Source: a virus
Taxonomy: Duplodnaviria; Caudoviricetes
Strand: one strand, 5' to 3'
DNA length: 43,740 nucleotides
IMG/VR virus record: IMGVR_UViG_3300020045_005328
Location: 1 to 43,740 of that record
Position numbers and translations under genes: made by a program. The notes beneath the pieces were generated by a model that saw only the letters and a list, made by a program, of their open reading frames with translations, did not search any database and was not told the DNA's origin. Positions 9,646-21,100 of the stretch are shown here, piece by piece. How positions within the stretch are numbered: the first letter of the stretch is position 1; every line of letters begins with the position of its first letter.

Positions 9646-10896
9646 ATGAGCAAACTACACGAAATCCTGCGGACGGGCGTTGCGCCCGGCATGAACCTGA
9701 AAAGCGGCGACCCGACCTTGCCCGAAAAGGCAGTGCCCAAGGCGTTCCGCGACCTGGAACAGAAGCATGGCGCGTCACGCATCGCGCGCGAAGCCGGGTT
9801 CAGCGTCAAACAGATCAAGCGCATCTGGAACATGCTGACGTTGCTGACAGGATTGCTGGCGGTCACAGCAACCGCTGGCGATTTGACGCGCAGCATCACC
9901 TTCAGCGACGGGCAACGCATCACGGCGGCGCAACTGCATACGCTTGTTGATGGTGCGAGTGTCAACGCCACGTTCCTGACGGGCAAGAATCTCAACAGCA
10001 CGGTGGATACGGCGGATTACGTCACGGTCTATGACACCAGCGCGGGCACATTCACCAGGATGACGTTGTCAACGCTACTGATGAACAACACCGGACTGAT
10101 CACAACGCAGACTGATGAGGTCAATCCTGCATACAATGACTATGTGCTGACGTATGACGCGAGCAGCGCGAGTTTCGCCAAGGTGAGCATTACAAACCTG
10201 CTTTGGAACACCAATATGATCGGTGTGTTGCCAAGCATCGTGACACCGGGCGCGGATTCGCGGCTCTGGTTGCGGGACAGCGGCACCAACGCGGCAATCC
10301 AATTGACGAACCTGTGGGCGGCGTTCCTGTACCGGGCGGGCATCACGAACCTGCCAACCCTGACCAGCCCGACAAACGAGGACCGGCTTTTGATGTGGGA
10401 CAGCGATGATCTGACCAACAAGACCACGACCCTGAGCGGGCTGTTCACGAACCTGACGACGACAACCACGAACCACAGCACAGATTCTTATCTGACAATC
10501 AGCAACGGCACGCTGAGGCTCATCACGTTCAACAACATCAGCAACCTGGTGATGCGGGGTTACAATGCGGGTTATGCAAGCGCGGAGACGGCCCTGAGTG
10601 CGGGCACAAAGATTCTGGACGAGGCACACAGCTTGCCAACAACGCCAACATGGGTGCGTGCGGTTTTGATATGCAAGACCGCCGATCTTAATTACGCGGT
10701 TAATGATGAGGTTCCTGCTGAAACGGTATCAAACTTCGACGGGCTTTGTGCCTTTGGAGCCGGAGCGAACACCACAAATGTATTTGTCACTTGTGAAAGC
10801 GGCGGCACTTATTTTTTAGCCAACAAAACAACTGGCGCGGGTGGTGTGGCTATCACTAATAGCCGATGGCGCGTCAAACTCTACGCAAAGCCATGA
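9646..10896 (+). CDS. Thr/Asn-rich virion or tail-fibre-like protein
   Basis: 416 aa with repeated D-x-(V/L)-x-x-D...K/R-x-T-L-x-x-L units; upstream of the tail genes. Confidence 0.55.
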   Translation: MSKLHEILRTGVAPGMNLKSGDPTLPEKAVPKAFRDLEQKHGASRIAREAGFSVKQIKRIWNMLTLLTGLLAVTATAGDLTRSITFSDGQRITAAQLHTLVDGASVNATFLTGKNLNSTVDTADYVTVYDTSAGTFTRMTLSTLLMNNTGLITTQTDEVNPAYNDYVLTYDASSASFAKVSITNLLWNTNMIGVLPSIVTPGADSRLWLRDSGTNAAIQLTNLWAAFLYRAGITNLPTLTSPTNEDRLLMWDSDDLTNKTTTLSGLFTNLTTTTTNHSTDSYLTISNGTLRLITFNNISNLVMRGYNAGYASAETALSAGTKILDEAHSLPTTPTWVRAVLICKTADLNYAVNDEVPAETVSNFDGLCAFGAGANTTNVFVTCESGGTYFLANKTTGAGGVAITNSRWRVKLYAKP

Positions 10897-11840
10897 ACCT
10901 AGAAACCTTAGTTGAGCGGGCCTGCTTGGAATCCGGCTATAACGACACGGACGACATTGCTGCGGCGGAGAAGTTCGCCCGGCATTGGGATGAACACATC
11001 TGGAATCATGCGCTCTGGAAGGATTCGCTCGTGACGTGTGATGTGGCGGTGACGCCGGACACGAACGACGATCACGCCGAAGGCATCCTGTTCCTGCCGG
11101 AGGTGATTGACCGGGTTGTGGCAGTGCGATTGGCGAGCAATCAGGTGGTGGTGCGCGGGCAGGAACATTACTACCGCATGGACTTTGACAGCTTTGCGGC
11201 GACGGGAACGCCCTTGGAGTTTGTGATATTGCCGCCGGCATGGTTCACATGGCGCGCGTCTCCTTCAGAGAATTATCTATCAATCAGCGGTGCGGTGGCC
11301 GATGCGGCCATCCAGGTCAAGATTGTCTGGATGGACGGGATTGGACGCAGGACCACGACCACTACGACCGTCGGCGTCGGCTCGCAACTGGAACCGGAGT
11401 CAGATGATTCCGTCACCTTGTTGCGCATGGCGAAGCCGGTCACAACTGCGGCAATAGGCTTCAACGCCGAGGGCGACGGCACGGTGTTGTATTCCTTGTC
11501 GGCAGCAGACACAACATCCCCCTCCTACCAACGCATTCGGCTGCTGCCCATGCCCACAGTGGACATGACGGTCAAGGTGTTGGGCAAAGCCAAATACGAA
11601 CCATTGGATTTCGACCAGCAAGAGCCTGCATTGAGGAACTGCACAAACGCCCTGCTCGCGTTCATCCGGGGCAGCTTGAAACGTCGCGGCGGCGAGAACG
11701 TCGCGGCACAACTGGAATTTCAGGAGGGAAACGCATTGCTCAAGCAGGTGGAACAGATCGAGGCGTTGCAGGCGGCGAACAACAGCCGGTTCACGCCGGA
11801 GGACGGGTTCGGGCCAGAACACGGTATTGGGCCAATGTGA
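10893..11840 (+). CDS. Head-tail adaptor / tail tubular protein A-like
   Basis: ATG at 10893 overlaps the previous stop; helical N- and C-termini; precedes the nozzle-like gene. Confidence 0.55.
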   Translation: MNLETLVERACLESGYNDTDDIAAAEKFARHWDEHIWNHALWKDSLVTCDVAVTPDTNDDHAEGILFLPEVIDRVVAVRLASNQVVVRGQEHYYRMDFDSFAATGTPLEFVILPPAWFTWRASPSENYLSISGAVADAAIQVKIVWMDGIGRRTTTTTTVGVGSQLEPESDDSVTLLRMAKPVTTAAIGFNAEGDGTVLYSLSAADTTSPSYQRIRLLPMPTVDMTVKVLGKAKYEPLDFDQQEPALRNCTNALLAFIRGSLKRRGGENVAAQLEFQEGNALLKQVEQIEALQAANNSRFTPEDGFGPEHGIGPM

Positions 11841-11841
11841 T

Positions 11842-13404
11842 ATGCCATCCATTGCCAACAATTCCAGCGACCTGCCCTTGTTATGGGAGCAAATCCGCAA
11901 CAACGCGGGCGGCATGGATGCGTTCAGCGATCCGGCGGAGCTTGCGCCAACGGCTTCGGCGAGGCTGGTCAATGTGCTGATCCGGGACAAGGCAAAGTCG
12001 AGGACGCGACCCGGTGCGGATGGATTGGGAGGCGCGGTGCTGGCGGCGTTCCCGGTCAAAGGCTTGTTTTACTTCGACACGTATCTTTATGAACAGTTGA
12101 TCGCGTGTTGCAATCAGGTGTTCCAGTTCTGGAACGGGGCAAGCTGGACGGCGATGGGCGGCTACACCCCGGCCAATGCGCGGATTGTCATGGCGCAAGG
12201 TGTGGACACGCTGCTGGTGAGCGACGGCACGAACGCGCTGCGCACATGGAACGGCGCAGCCTGGACGACGTGCAGCACGGGCGCAACGCATCCCCCGCAT
12301 GAAACGACCATTCTTTGCTGGCACACGGGCCGGATGTTCGCCAGCGGCAAGGCAACCGTGCCGGACACGATCTATGTCAGCAACCGGCTGGCGTTCGGGG
12401 ACGGACAATGGAACAGCACGACCCGCAGCTTCCGCATCGGCGGCGGCGAAGGCGACCCCATCCGCGCGCTCAAGAGTTTCGTCGGATTCACGTTGGCAGT
12501 CGGCAAGGAAAACAGCGTTTGGCTGGTGGAAACCGACCCGGCCAATGAGCCTGCGGACTTCTCAGCATCGCAGGTGAGTGAGAGTGTCAGTTACGGCGCG
12601 GGCGTGTGCGGCCCGGAAGCGTGGGACGTGTACGGCAATGACATCTTCATGGTGTCGCCCGACCGTCAAATCCGCACCCTGCAACGCATGGCGGCGGCTT
12701 CCGGTCAATATCAGTTGTCCGCCCCCATCAGCGAGCCGATGCAGCCGTGGATTGACCGCATCAATGCGGCGGCGCAAAGCACAATCGCGGTGAAGAAGTA
12801 TCAGGAATTGATTTTGTTCGCCGTGCCGTTGGACAGCGCGACCACGCCGGACACGGTGCTGGTCTATAACGGAAGGCTTGGGAAGTGGATCGGGGTTTGG
12901 GAAGGCTGGACGCCGCAACATTGGGAGATTTCGCGCTTTGCCGGGCAACAGCGTCTGGTGTTCGGGGACGTGGCGGGCTACGTCAACGAATGGAAGGACA
13001 ATGAGGACGCGGACACGGACGACACCTACACCGACAACGGCGTGGGTTATGACACGAAGGTCTGGACACGGAACATGAGCTTTGGCGACATCGAGGCGGA
13101 TAAAGTCGCGTTCAACTGCCGGCTGCGGTTCAACGCGGGCAATGCCAACCTGACATTTACGGCCATCGGGGACGATGCGGACATGAAAACATGGGCGCGC
13201 GCCTTTGAGCCATCGGGCGACATTCTGGGCAGCGATACCCTGCCGTTCCTGCTTCAAAGCACCAGTCCGACGCTGGTGGGCAGCAGCCTGCGGGATTTGC
13301 CGAGTTTCCGGGAACTGTATCTCAAGATCGAGAGCGAAAGCGGTTGGTGGGAACTGCGAAACCTGAGCGTCAGCGCGCGGTTGCGTCCGATGAAAACGAA
13401 ATAA
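11842..13404 (+). CDS. Tail nozzle / stabilisation protein (tubular B, P22 gp10-like)
   Basis: ~520 aa with beta-propeller-like repeats (WHTGRMFA, TIYVS, GDPIRAL, GKENSVW, YGAGVCGP); podovirus synteny. Confidence 0.65.
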   Translation: MPSIANNSSDLPLLWEQIRNNAGGMDAFSDPAELAPTASARLVNVLIRDKAKSRTRPGADGLGGAVLAAFPVKGLFYFDTYLYEQLIACCNQVFQFWNGASWTAMGGYTPANARIVMAQGVDTLLVSDGTNALRTWNGAAWTTCSTGATHPPHETTILCWHTGRMFASGKATVPDTIYVSNRLAFGDGQWNSTTRSFRIGGGEGDPIRALKSFVGFTLAVGKENSVWLVETDPANEPADFSASQVSESVSYGAGVCGPEAWDVYGNDIFMVSPDRQIRTLQRMAAASGQYQLSAPISEPMQPWIDRINAAAQSTIAVKKYQELILFAVPLDSATTPDTVLVYNGRLGKWIGVWEGWTPQHWEISRFAGQQRLVFGDVAGYVNEWKDNEDADTDDTYTDNGVGYDTKVWTRNMSFGDIEADKVAFNCRLRFNAGNANLTFTAIGDDADMKTWARAFEPSGDILGSDTLPFLLQSTSPTLVGSSLRDLPSFRELYLKIESESGWWELRNLSVSARLRPMKTK

Positions 13405-13408
13405 CACT

Positions 13409-14419
13409 ATGTCATGGCTTTCTGACCTGTTCTCCAAACCCGAAGTGCCCGACCCGAACGCGGCGGCGGTGGCGGGTGCGGTGGCGGACATGGAGAACTA
13501 CCCGTTTGAATACCAGATCAACAGCCTCGCCAAGATGGGCGGCAAGGGCACGATCAACGGGAAAGTGTACGACTTCACCGGGTTGGGCGATGCGGACACG
13601 GCAGCGGCCATGTCCGATAAGATGGCGCAGACGCTTCTGGACTTGCAGAAGCAGTATGGGCCGGACTTCATCAAGCAAAAGCTTGCGGAGTTGAAGGTAG
13701 CCGATCCGACCGGTTACGCGGCGCGGCAACAGTTGTTCGATCAGATCATGGCGGATGCAGAGGCATCGCCGGATCGCCCGATGAACAATCGGTTGCAAGC
13801 GATGGTCCAGGAAGAGTTGGCGAAAGGCGGCAAACTGGACGCGCGGCAAACCGAGCAAGTTCAGCAAGGCGTGCGCGGGAAGCAGCTTCGACAAGGCATC
13901 TTCCTGGGCAATGCAGCCACGAGCGAGGAAGCGGGCGCGTTGGTGAACGCCGGGGAAGCGGAACGCACGAAACGCCAGCAGCAAGGCATCGGCATCCTGA
14001 ACAGCGGCGTCTTGCCGGAGGACGTTCAATACCGGCAGATTCAGCAGGCATTGAGCAACCTTGGCAACTTCACGAACGGCGCAAGTCCAACCGCACAATT
14101 CAATTCACTCAGCAGCGCGAGCAACGGGGCGGTACCGTTCCAGACCGGGGCGGCGAATCAGGCGCAGTTGAATCCGAACGCGACACAGATGGGCATGGGC
14201 AACGCGCTTGACCTTTACAGCCAGCAACAGAATTGGGCAAACAGCCAGGTCAACCCGTGGATGGCAGGCATCAGCGGCGGGGTGTCGGGCTACAATCTGG
14301 CAAATAAAGCGGGGTGGGGAACTACGGGCGGGACAACAACTGGCGGTTCAGCACCATCAAGGACAACAACCAACGGTATGTATAGTTACGCGCCGGGCGT
14401 GAATCCGTGGGGAGTATGA
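13409..14419 (+). CDS. Internal virion / DNA-injection protein; paralogue of 15830..17119
   Basis: Gln/Ala/Gly-rich; shares DFTG(L/F)G(D/E)AD, LDL-x-x-x-YG-x-DF, ADP-x-GY-x-AR and QV-x-PWMAG-x-SG with 15830..17119. Confidence 0.6.
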   Translation: MSWLSDLFSKPEVPDPNAAAVAGAVADMENYPFEYQINSLAKMGGKGTINGKVYDFTGLGDADTAAAMSDKMAQTLLDLQKQYGPDFIKQKLAELKVADPTGYAARQQLFDQIMADAEASPDRPMNNRLQAMVQEELAKGGKLDARQTEQVQQGVRGKQLRQGIFLGNAATSEEAGALVNAGEAERTKRQQQGIGILNSGVLPEDVQYRQIQQALSNLGNFTNGASPTAQFNSLSSASNGAVPFQTGAANQAQLNPNATQMGMGNALDLYSQQQNWANSQVNPWMAGISGGVSGYNLANKAGWGTTGGTTTGGSAPSRTTTNGMYSYAPGVNPWGV

Positions 14420-15390
14420 CAACTAGAATCATCATTTTCGGATTGTGGTTCACAATGAGTGTGTCCTGCGGGGCGCAGACGAGCTATATGGAGATGGTGT
14501 TGAAGGCGCGCAACGCCGCAGAAGCGCGGGCTCGACTGGGCATTTCCACCTCACCCGGCGGCAGCGTGACACAGACCAACATCCTTATCGGGAACGTTCT
14601 CAATGCGGGAACGGCGGCGTATTCCAATGCGGCGACGTTCTATCCGGCGAGCAATCCGAGCGGCTACACCAGTTTTGACGGCGTGTTTGCGTCCCTCACC
14701 AGCAAACCGACCACAATAACAGGATATGGAATCATGGACTTCAACAGCCTGGGTGATGCGCGATGGCAACCACTGGACACGGACCTGACCGCATGGGCGG
14801 CACTGGCTACGTCAGCCAAACAGGACGCCTCCGCCAATCTGACGGCATGGAGCGCAATCGCCACAGCCACCAAAGAACCTGCGATCACCGCAGGCACAAC
14901 AGCACAATACTGGCGGGGCGACAAGACGTGGCAGACACTTCCGGCTGGCGGTTCTGGCTACCGGACGAAATTGCAGATGACGACCAACTTCGTGAACGCA
15001 CACGCCATCCTGAACACGCTGACGAACATCCCGGAGCTTTCATTCTCCGTGACAGCGGGCACGACCTACAAATATGAGGCCATCATCTATTTCACAACGG
15101 CAGCCACAACCACCGGCTCGCGCTGGTGTCTGACCGGCCCGGCCATGACCGGATTCATGGGCGTCAGCGAATACACCCTCACCGCCACGACCTCGACGCG
15201 CAATGCGATGGTGCAAGGAGTGAGCCTGCCCGCCGCCGCGAACCTCACCAGCGCAGCGGGAGCGAACTCGGCGCGGCTCTACGGCATCTTCCGCCCGTCG
15301 GCCAACGGCACGGTGTCCATCGCGTTTGCGAGCGAGGTCACCTTGAGCGCGGTGACGGCTCAAGCCGGGTCAACCTTGGAATACTGGTAA
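14416..15390 (+). CDS. Tail fibre-like protein with signal-peptide-like N-terminus
   Basis: YPASNPSGY, KPTTITGYGI-x-D, KEPAITAGTTAQYWRGDKTWQT and PELSFSVTAGTTY are motifs common in phage fibre proteins. Confidence 0.65.
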   Translation: MTTRIIIFGLWFTMSVSCGAQTSYMEMVLKARNAAEARARLGISTSPGGSVTQTNILIGNVLNAGTAAYSNAATFYPASNPSGYTSFDGVFASLTSKPTTITGYGIMDFNSLGDARWQPLDTDLTAWAALATSAKQDASANLTAWSAIATATKEPAITAGTTAQYWRGDKTWQTLPAGGSGYRTKLQMTTNFVNAHAILNTLTNIPELSFSVTAGTTYKYEAIIYFTTAATTTGSRWCLTGPAMTGFMGVSEYTLTATTSTRNAMVQGVSLPAAANLTSAAGANSARLYGIFRPSANGTVSIAFASEVTLSAVTAQAGSTLEYW

Positions 15391-15392
15391 CC

Positions 15393-15833
15393 ATGACATC
15401 CCTCTCACAGACCAATAACCGGATTGATGCGGTGCATCGGTATCTGGCGACCCTGCCGCCGGCGGTCATGCCGGTGACGCATCGGTTTGCGCCGGGCTGT
15501 TACGCGCGTGAGATGCTTTTGCCCAAGGGCGTCATGGCGATTTCCAAGGTTCACAGGACGGAACACTTCTTTGTGGTATTGTCGGGCAAGCTTTCCGTCT
15601 GGGACGCGACGAACGGGGTGCAGCAGGTGGAGGCCGGGCATATCGGCATCACCAGGCCGGGCACGCGGCGGATCGGGTTTGCACATGAAGATTGCCGGTG
15701 GGTGACGTTTCATCCCACAGACAAGTTGGACGTGGACGAGATCGAGGCGGAGATCATTGAGCCGTATGAGGTCAATCTCAGCGGCCATCTGAGCGAGGAC
15801 ATGATGAAGGCATTAACCGGAGGACAATCGTGA
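15393..15833 (+). CDS. Cupin-like phage protein
   Basis: HRFAPGCYAREMLLPKG...KVHRTEHFFVVLSG...PGTRRIGFAHED; His-rich double-stranded beta-helix pattern. Confidence 0.6.
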   Translation: MTSLSQTNNRIDAVHRYLATLPPAVMPVTHRFAPGCYAREMLLPKGVMAISKVHRTEHFFVVLSGKLSVWDATNGVQQVEAGHIGITRPGTRRIGFAHEDCRWVTFHPTDKLDVDEIEAEIIEPYEVNLSGHLSEDMMKALTGGQS

Positions 15834-17119
15834 GTTGGGCAAGCATCGGAGCAGCAGTGGCAGGCGCGGCGGTATCAGCCGCAGGCAGCGCGGCCATCGC
15901 CAAGGCGACCACGCCGGACGCGCCCGACATGGCATCGTCCAGCCGGGAACTGAGCAACACCAAGGCGGCGTTGTTGCCGATTCAGCGTGCGCTCGAAGCA
16001 GCAGCGAAGAAGGGCGGCAAGGCGACGATCCAAAGCTATCCGGCACATACCGAGGACAGGCAATACATCCAGATTGCCGACGGTAGCTACACCAACAAGG
16101 ACGGCTACGCGCAAAGCGTCTGGCAGGGCAGCAGCGGCGATGTGGGGGGGGCGATTGCGACCGCTTTTGGCATCAAAGGCATTCATCAAGACCCGTTGAG
16201 CAAAGCAATCGGCAAGCTTTTCGGCGGCAAAAGCGGCGGGCAGACGACGAAATACGATTACGTTCCATACGATCCGAAGGATTGGCAACCCGGCGGCAAG
16301 TTCGCCAACCTTCCACCGCCGGACGCGAACAGCATCATCACCCGCAGCGAGGACATTCCCGAAGGGCCAAAGACGTTCGACTTCACAGGCTTTGGTGAAG
16401 CAGACGCCAACGCGGAAGTTGCCAAGCAGATGGCAAAGGTGCAACTGGACTTGGGCGCGAAGTACGGCGAGGACTTCGCCAAGACCGCAGCGGATCAGGC
16501 GAAACTGGCCGACCCGTTGGGCTATCAGGCGCGGGAGAAGATGAACGAGTTGATCCAGGGTCAGATCAACCGCACTCCGGATCGCGGCATCGCCAACACT
16601 CTCGACAGACAGATTCAAGGCCAGTTGGACGCTGGCAGCGGGTTGGATGCGGAGACGCAGGCGATGCTGGACGATGCCGTGAGACGCGCGGGCAATGATC
16701 GCGGCGGCGTGGACAGCGGCGCGGATTGGGCAGACCCGCTGACGACCGGATACGCAGGAGCAAGCCGCAAGGATGCGGCGATGCAGAAGGGTTTAAGCTG
16801 GCTCACCAGCGGGGCGACACCGCAGGATGCGGCGTACCGCGACACGCAGCAGAACATGAGCAACCTGAGCGCACTGGTGAATGGCAGGACACCGCAGAGT
16901 CAGTTCGCCAGCCTGAGCGCACCCGGAGCAGCACCACAAGCACAGGTGCAAGGCGGCGCACAGATCAGCGGCAATTCAGCGGCGCAAGGCGCGGCGGGTG
17001 CATTGGGCAGCTACGGCGCGAGTATTCAGGCGGCACAGAACCAAGTCAGTCCTTGGATGGCGGGTTTGAGCGGATTGTTAAGCGTGGCGAACACGGCAGC
17101 GGCAAAGAAAACAGCGTGA
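15830..17119 (+). CDS. Internal virion / DNA-injection (pilot) protein
   Basis: N-terminal small-residue helix MSWASIGAAVAGAAVSAAG; paralogue of 13409..14419 with an N-proximal insertion. Confidence 0.6.
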   Translation: MSWASIGAAVAGAAVSAAGSAAIAKATTPDAPDMASSSRELSNTKAALLPIQRALEAAAKKGGKATIQSYPAHTEDRQYIQIADGSYTNKDGYAQSVWQGSSGDVGGAIATAFGIKGIHQDPLSKAIGKLFGGKSGGQTTKYDYVPYDPKDWQPGGKFANLPPPDANSIITRSEDIPEGPKTFDFTGFGEADANAEVAKQMAKVQLDLGAKYGEDFAKTAADQAKLADPLGYQAREKMNELIQGQINRTPDRGIANTLDRQIQGQLDAGSGLDAETQAMLDDAVRRAGNDRGGVDSGADWADPLTTGYAGASRKDAAMQKGLSWLTSGATPQDAAYRDTQQNMSNLSALVNGRTPQSQFASLSAPGAAPQAQVQGGAQISGNSAAQGAAGALGSYGASIQAAQNQVSPWMAGLSGLLSVANTAAAKKTA

Positions 17120-17123
17120 TTTT

Positions 17124-17339
17124 ATGACAATAACGCTGACAATTAACCCGGATATGTCAGACCCACTAAATACCAAAATCACCGGGGTTGTTTGTTTTGG
17201 TGGGCGGGTTGGGACATTTGTTAAGGACGCAATATATTCGGACAAGGAACAACTCGGTGACCAAGTTGGTAATGCGATACGGGACTATCTCAACGTAACT
17301 AAAGACGGGCAGGCTACGCCAGTGAACACAGCGGGATAA
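17124..17339 (+). CDS. Hypothetical protein (lower GC)
   Basis: 71-aa ORF filling the gap between injection genes. Confidence 0.5.
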   Translation: MTITLTINPDMSDPLNTKITGVVCFGGRVGTFVKDAIYSDKEQLGDQVGNAIRDYLNVTKDGQATPVNTAG

Positions 17340-17343
17340 CTTT

Positions 17344-18183
17344 ATGAACAGACAAGATTTTTCAATGGCATTGGGGCAGGCGGATCAGTTGGGCAACACC
17401 CTTCTGCAAAACCGGGTTATGAAACAGCAGCAGATCGAGCGCGCGGACGACCGAGCGATGCGGGAGCGGATGTTTGGCGAACAGCAACTACTCCGAAAAG
17501 AAAACAGCGCACGCCAACTGAATAAGCAGAAGCTAGACGAGGAACGCGCTTTCTTTGAGACGGCTTATAAGTCTGTTATGGGCAACCCGAACATCACCGA
17601 TGACGAACTATCACAGTATAACAACAAGCTGCGAGCGTTTGAATATCTCGGCGGTATCCAGCTAGTTAAGCCACAACCCAAGCAGCCAGGCACGGCGAAG
17701 AACGCGGCGGCGATGGGCGAGGAACATTTGACCAAGCTTCAAGACGACCTTGCAGCAGCCAAGGAATCCGGGGACGCCAAATCCATTGAGCGCGCACAGA
17801 GACGGGTGGACAACTACGCCTCTGAAAAGACGGGAGCAATCAAGCCGACAACACCAAAGCCAACTGACAGCGACCGAAAGCTTGAAGCAGCAAAAGCTGC
17901 GGCAACCAAGGCGGAACTGGACGGAGATGATACGGCCAAGCAGCGTGCGGATGCCATCATTGCGCGACTGGAAAACCCGCAAAAGCCTGTTGGTATGGGT
18001 GAAGTGCGCCAGCGCGACGAGGAATTGATGCGGGAAGGCGCGGCCAATGTCGCACCGGGTCAGGTTGCCGATTACGATACAGAATTAAAATTGGCGACCG
18101 AAGCCGTTGCCGCAAAAGTGCCGTTTGAAAAGGTGGCAGCCCGCTTCAAGGCTCGGACAGGCAAAGACTTTCCGAAACCATGA
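17344..18183 (+). CDS. Internal virion protein (putative)
   Basis: 279 aa, charged and helical; directly before the giant protein. Confidence 0.55.
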   Translation: MNRQDFSMALGQADQLGNTLLQNRVMKQQQIERADDRAMRERMFGEQQLLRKENSARQLNKQKLDEERAFFETAYKSVMGNPNITDDELSQYNNKLRAFEYLGGIQLVKPQPKQPGTAKNAAAMGEEHLTKLQDDLAAAKESGDAKSIERAQRRVDNYASEKTGAIKPTTPKPTDSDRKLEAAKAAATKAELDGDDTAKQRADAIIARLENPQKPVGMGEVRQRDEELMREGAANVAPGQVADYDTELKLATEAVAAKVPFEKVAARFKARTGKDFPKP

Positions 18184-18189
18184 TTTCAC

Positions 18190-21100
18190 ATGAGCAATCC
18201 CTATCTCGAAGATGCACCAACGGTTGCGGAGTCAAACCCCTATCTCGAAGATGCAGTAGATAGCGGGCAGGGCAGGCTTGCGTCTGCTGGAAATGCGTTC
18301 ATGCAGGGCGGTGGCGTGGCTGTTGGGCAGACTTCGCAAGGATTGGCGCGTCTGATGGACATTCTTGCACCGGGCGCGTTGATGCAGGAAGGCATGACGG
18401 ATGAAGCCATGCGTATGCTTTCCCGAACGGGAAAGCAGCGAGAGGCGGACATCGCCAAGAATCCTCTTTATTCCGGCGGCGGCGCATTGGCCGAAGGCGC
18501 GAAGGAAGCCTACCCCACCAATCCAAAATTCAAAGGCGAGTTCTGGACTGACACAATCCCGTCCAGTGCCGGGGCAATGGTTCCCACGATTGCGGCGGCT
18601 GGCGTTGGCGGTGTGTTGGCTGGCGGCTTGCAATATGGCACATCTGCCGGCCAATCCGAAGCACAAGCGGCGATTGATGCAGGGCGGGAGGATGAGGCTG
18701 ACAAGGCGTTTCTAATTAACCTCGGCATTGGCGCGACCAGTGAGGCATTGCTTGGTGTGGGCGCAAACATTTTCAGACTGGTAAGAGCGGCGCGCACGGC
18801 AAAAGTCGGAGAACAAACCGCCAAGGCGATTATCGGCAAAGCAATCGCCAAAGGCTCAACACGCGAGGCGTTGCAAGAGGGATTTGAACAGGTCGGACAG
18901 AACGCAGCGGCGGGAATGACATACGATCCTGAGCGCGGAATATGGGTTGGCGTTCCTACGGCTATGGCAGCAGGCGCATTGCTTGGCGGCGCAGGCGGTG
19001 GAGGTGCAAGCGTTGTGGGTGTTGGTGAACAGGCTTTGAACGAGCGCGCGGCGGAGCGTGATTTCGCCAGCCAATCTGAGAGTGTTGCAAACCGGAAAGC
19101 TTTGGAAGCAACCATTCCATCCGGTGCAGCGGTTGTAACTCCTGAGTCAGATGCCAATGTGGACACAATGCGGGGAATCGAGCGAACGTTTAACGCGAGC
19201 CGATCAAACCCTTACATGGCGGACGAACCCCTCTCACAGTCGCAAGCTCCATCATCTCCCGACGTTCAACCTGGTTTGACTGAACAACCATCCGGCACGG
19301 TGTCCGCGACTTCTCCCGTGCCGGGTGCTTCTCTTGTAAATCTGGTTGAGGTCAACAAGGCGAACTTTGAGAAATGGCGCGGGCGGCAAATACCTTTCCT
19401 TGTAGATTCGGATGGCAAGGTGTTTGTTTCACCCGGCAGCGTTGCACATTGGGACATTGCCGATGAAGCACCAGATAAGCAATGGAGTGGCGCGGGATTC
19501 ATTAAGGGTGGCAGGCTTGAAATGTCGTCGGATTATTTTCCACAATCTAAGGATGGCGAAACACACATCGAGTCATTCAACAAAACCGTTGCAGACAAAC
19601 AATCCCAGGTGCGCGCGGAGTTGGAAGCGTTGCCGGGGGCGGAGCAGGATTTGGCGCAACCCAAAACGGCGGTGGCAAGCGAGCTTGAATCCATGCTCAA
19701 GGCGACTGAGGCAAAGCGTACGGTTTCGCCGTTGACCAGTGAACAGACGGATGCCGGATTACTGGACGACAGCAGGCCGGACGAAGCCACGCCAACGCTA
19801 GGCGACTTGCGCGCGATGATTGCGGAAATCAAAGGCAATCAGCTTGCGCCGAAGGCATCGGAACCAACGGTTCCGGTAGCGGAAAAAGCGGTTCCGCCAA
19901 CCAACCCCGGCGGATCGCAGTCCGCATTGCCAGCAGCGCAACAAGCAATCTCCAAGGCCAACAACAGTATTCAGGCATTTGCCAAGGCTAACGGCGTTGA
20001 ATACGTCGAAGGCGATACGCAAAAGACCATCTTCGAGAAGATCAAAGCGCAATCTTCCGCACCCCAAGGAACGGGCACGGCGGCGGGGCAAATTAACCCT
20101 CCCGTGGTGGGAGATGCCTCGCCGTCGCCGGTTTCTCCCAAGTGGACGCCTACCGCTGGCAAGCTCGCGGTGGTGAATCTCACCAGTCGCGGCGCGGGCA
20201 GGCTTGCGCGGGTGTTGCAAGTGCAACCGGACGGGGATGCCACCGTCCAGATCAAAGGCGAGGCAGGCACGAGATACGTCAAGCTGTCACAGATGCGTCC
20301 GACCGGCGCGGAGCAGTCGCGCATGAATCGCGCGGATGAAATGACCGGGCTTGATCCTGCGGATGTGGAGTCCGTGAAGCGTGACGCAGCGGAGTTTGAT
20401 CAGTTGGTTGAGGATTACGCCCCACAACTGGAATGGGCACCGGGCGAAGCGTATTCCGATACCGCACAGGGCACGGAGTTACGCGCGGATGCCATCGAGC
20501 GCGGCGAACTACGCAAGGCGGCGCGGGTGAACGCAGCAAGGGCGGCGGGTGTGGAAAGCTTCCAAGAGAGCAGCCTTGTGGACCGCGCGGAAGCATTGCC
20601 AAAACTTGAGGCGTATCTGCGCCAGCAATTTCCCGGTGACAATTCCATTGACCAACGGCGAGTGTTGGAGGATTTTTCCCGCAGTGAAGCCGAACCGACT
20701 ACCACCCCTGAGCAGCAAAGTGCCGACGCCAAAGCCTTGCGATGGGTCATTGCTCAACATCCCGGATGGCGCGAGCTCCAAGGTCTTACTGTCCATAAAC
20801 AAGGTCGTGCCGCTGGAACACGCGCCACAGTGGGCGGACAACCCACACAGCAAGCAACTCGCGGCAGAGTGGTTGGAGCGGCAGAGCAAAAAGCAATCCG
20901 TGAACTAGACCGGATCAACGGCACCCGCACCATCCTGGTTGACTCACCGGACTTGGCTGGGTGGATTCCATTCAACGGCGTTCGGATTGCAAATTCCAAC
21001 ATCATCCTTATTCACGCGCGCACAGCGCATCCTCTGGCGGTGGTTTACGGGCATGAGCTATCCCACTACATCGAGGCTACGCACCCAGGGCTTTACCGTG

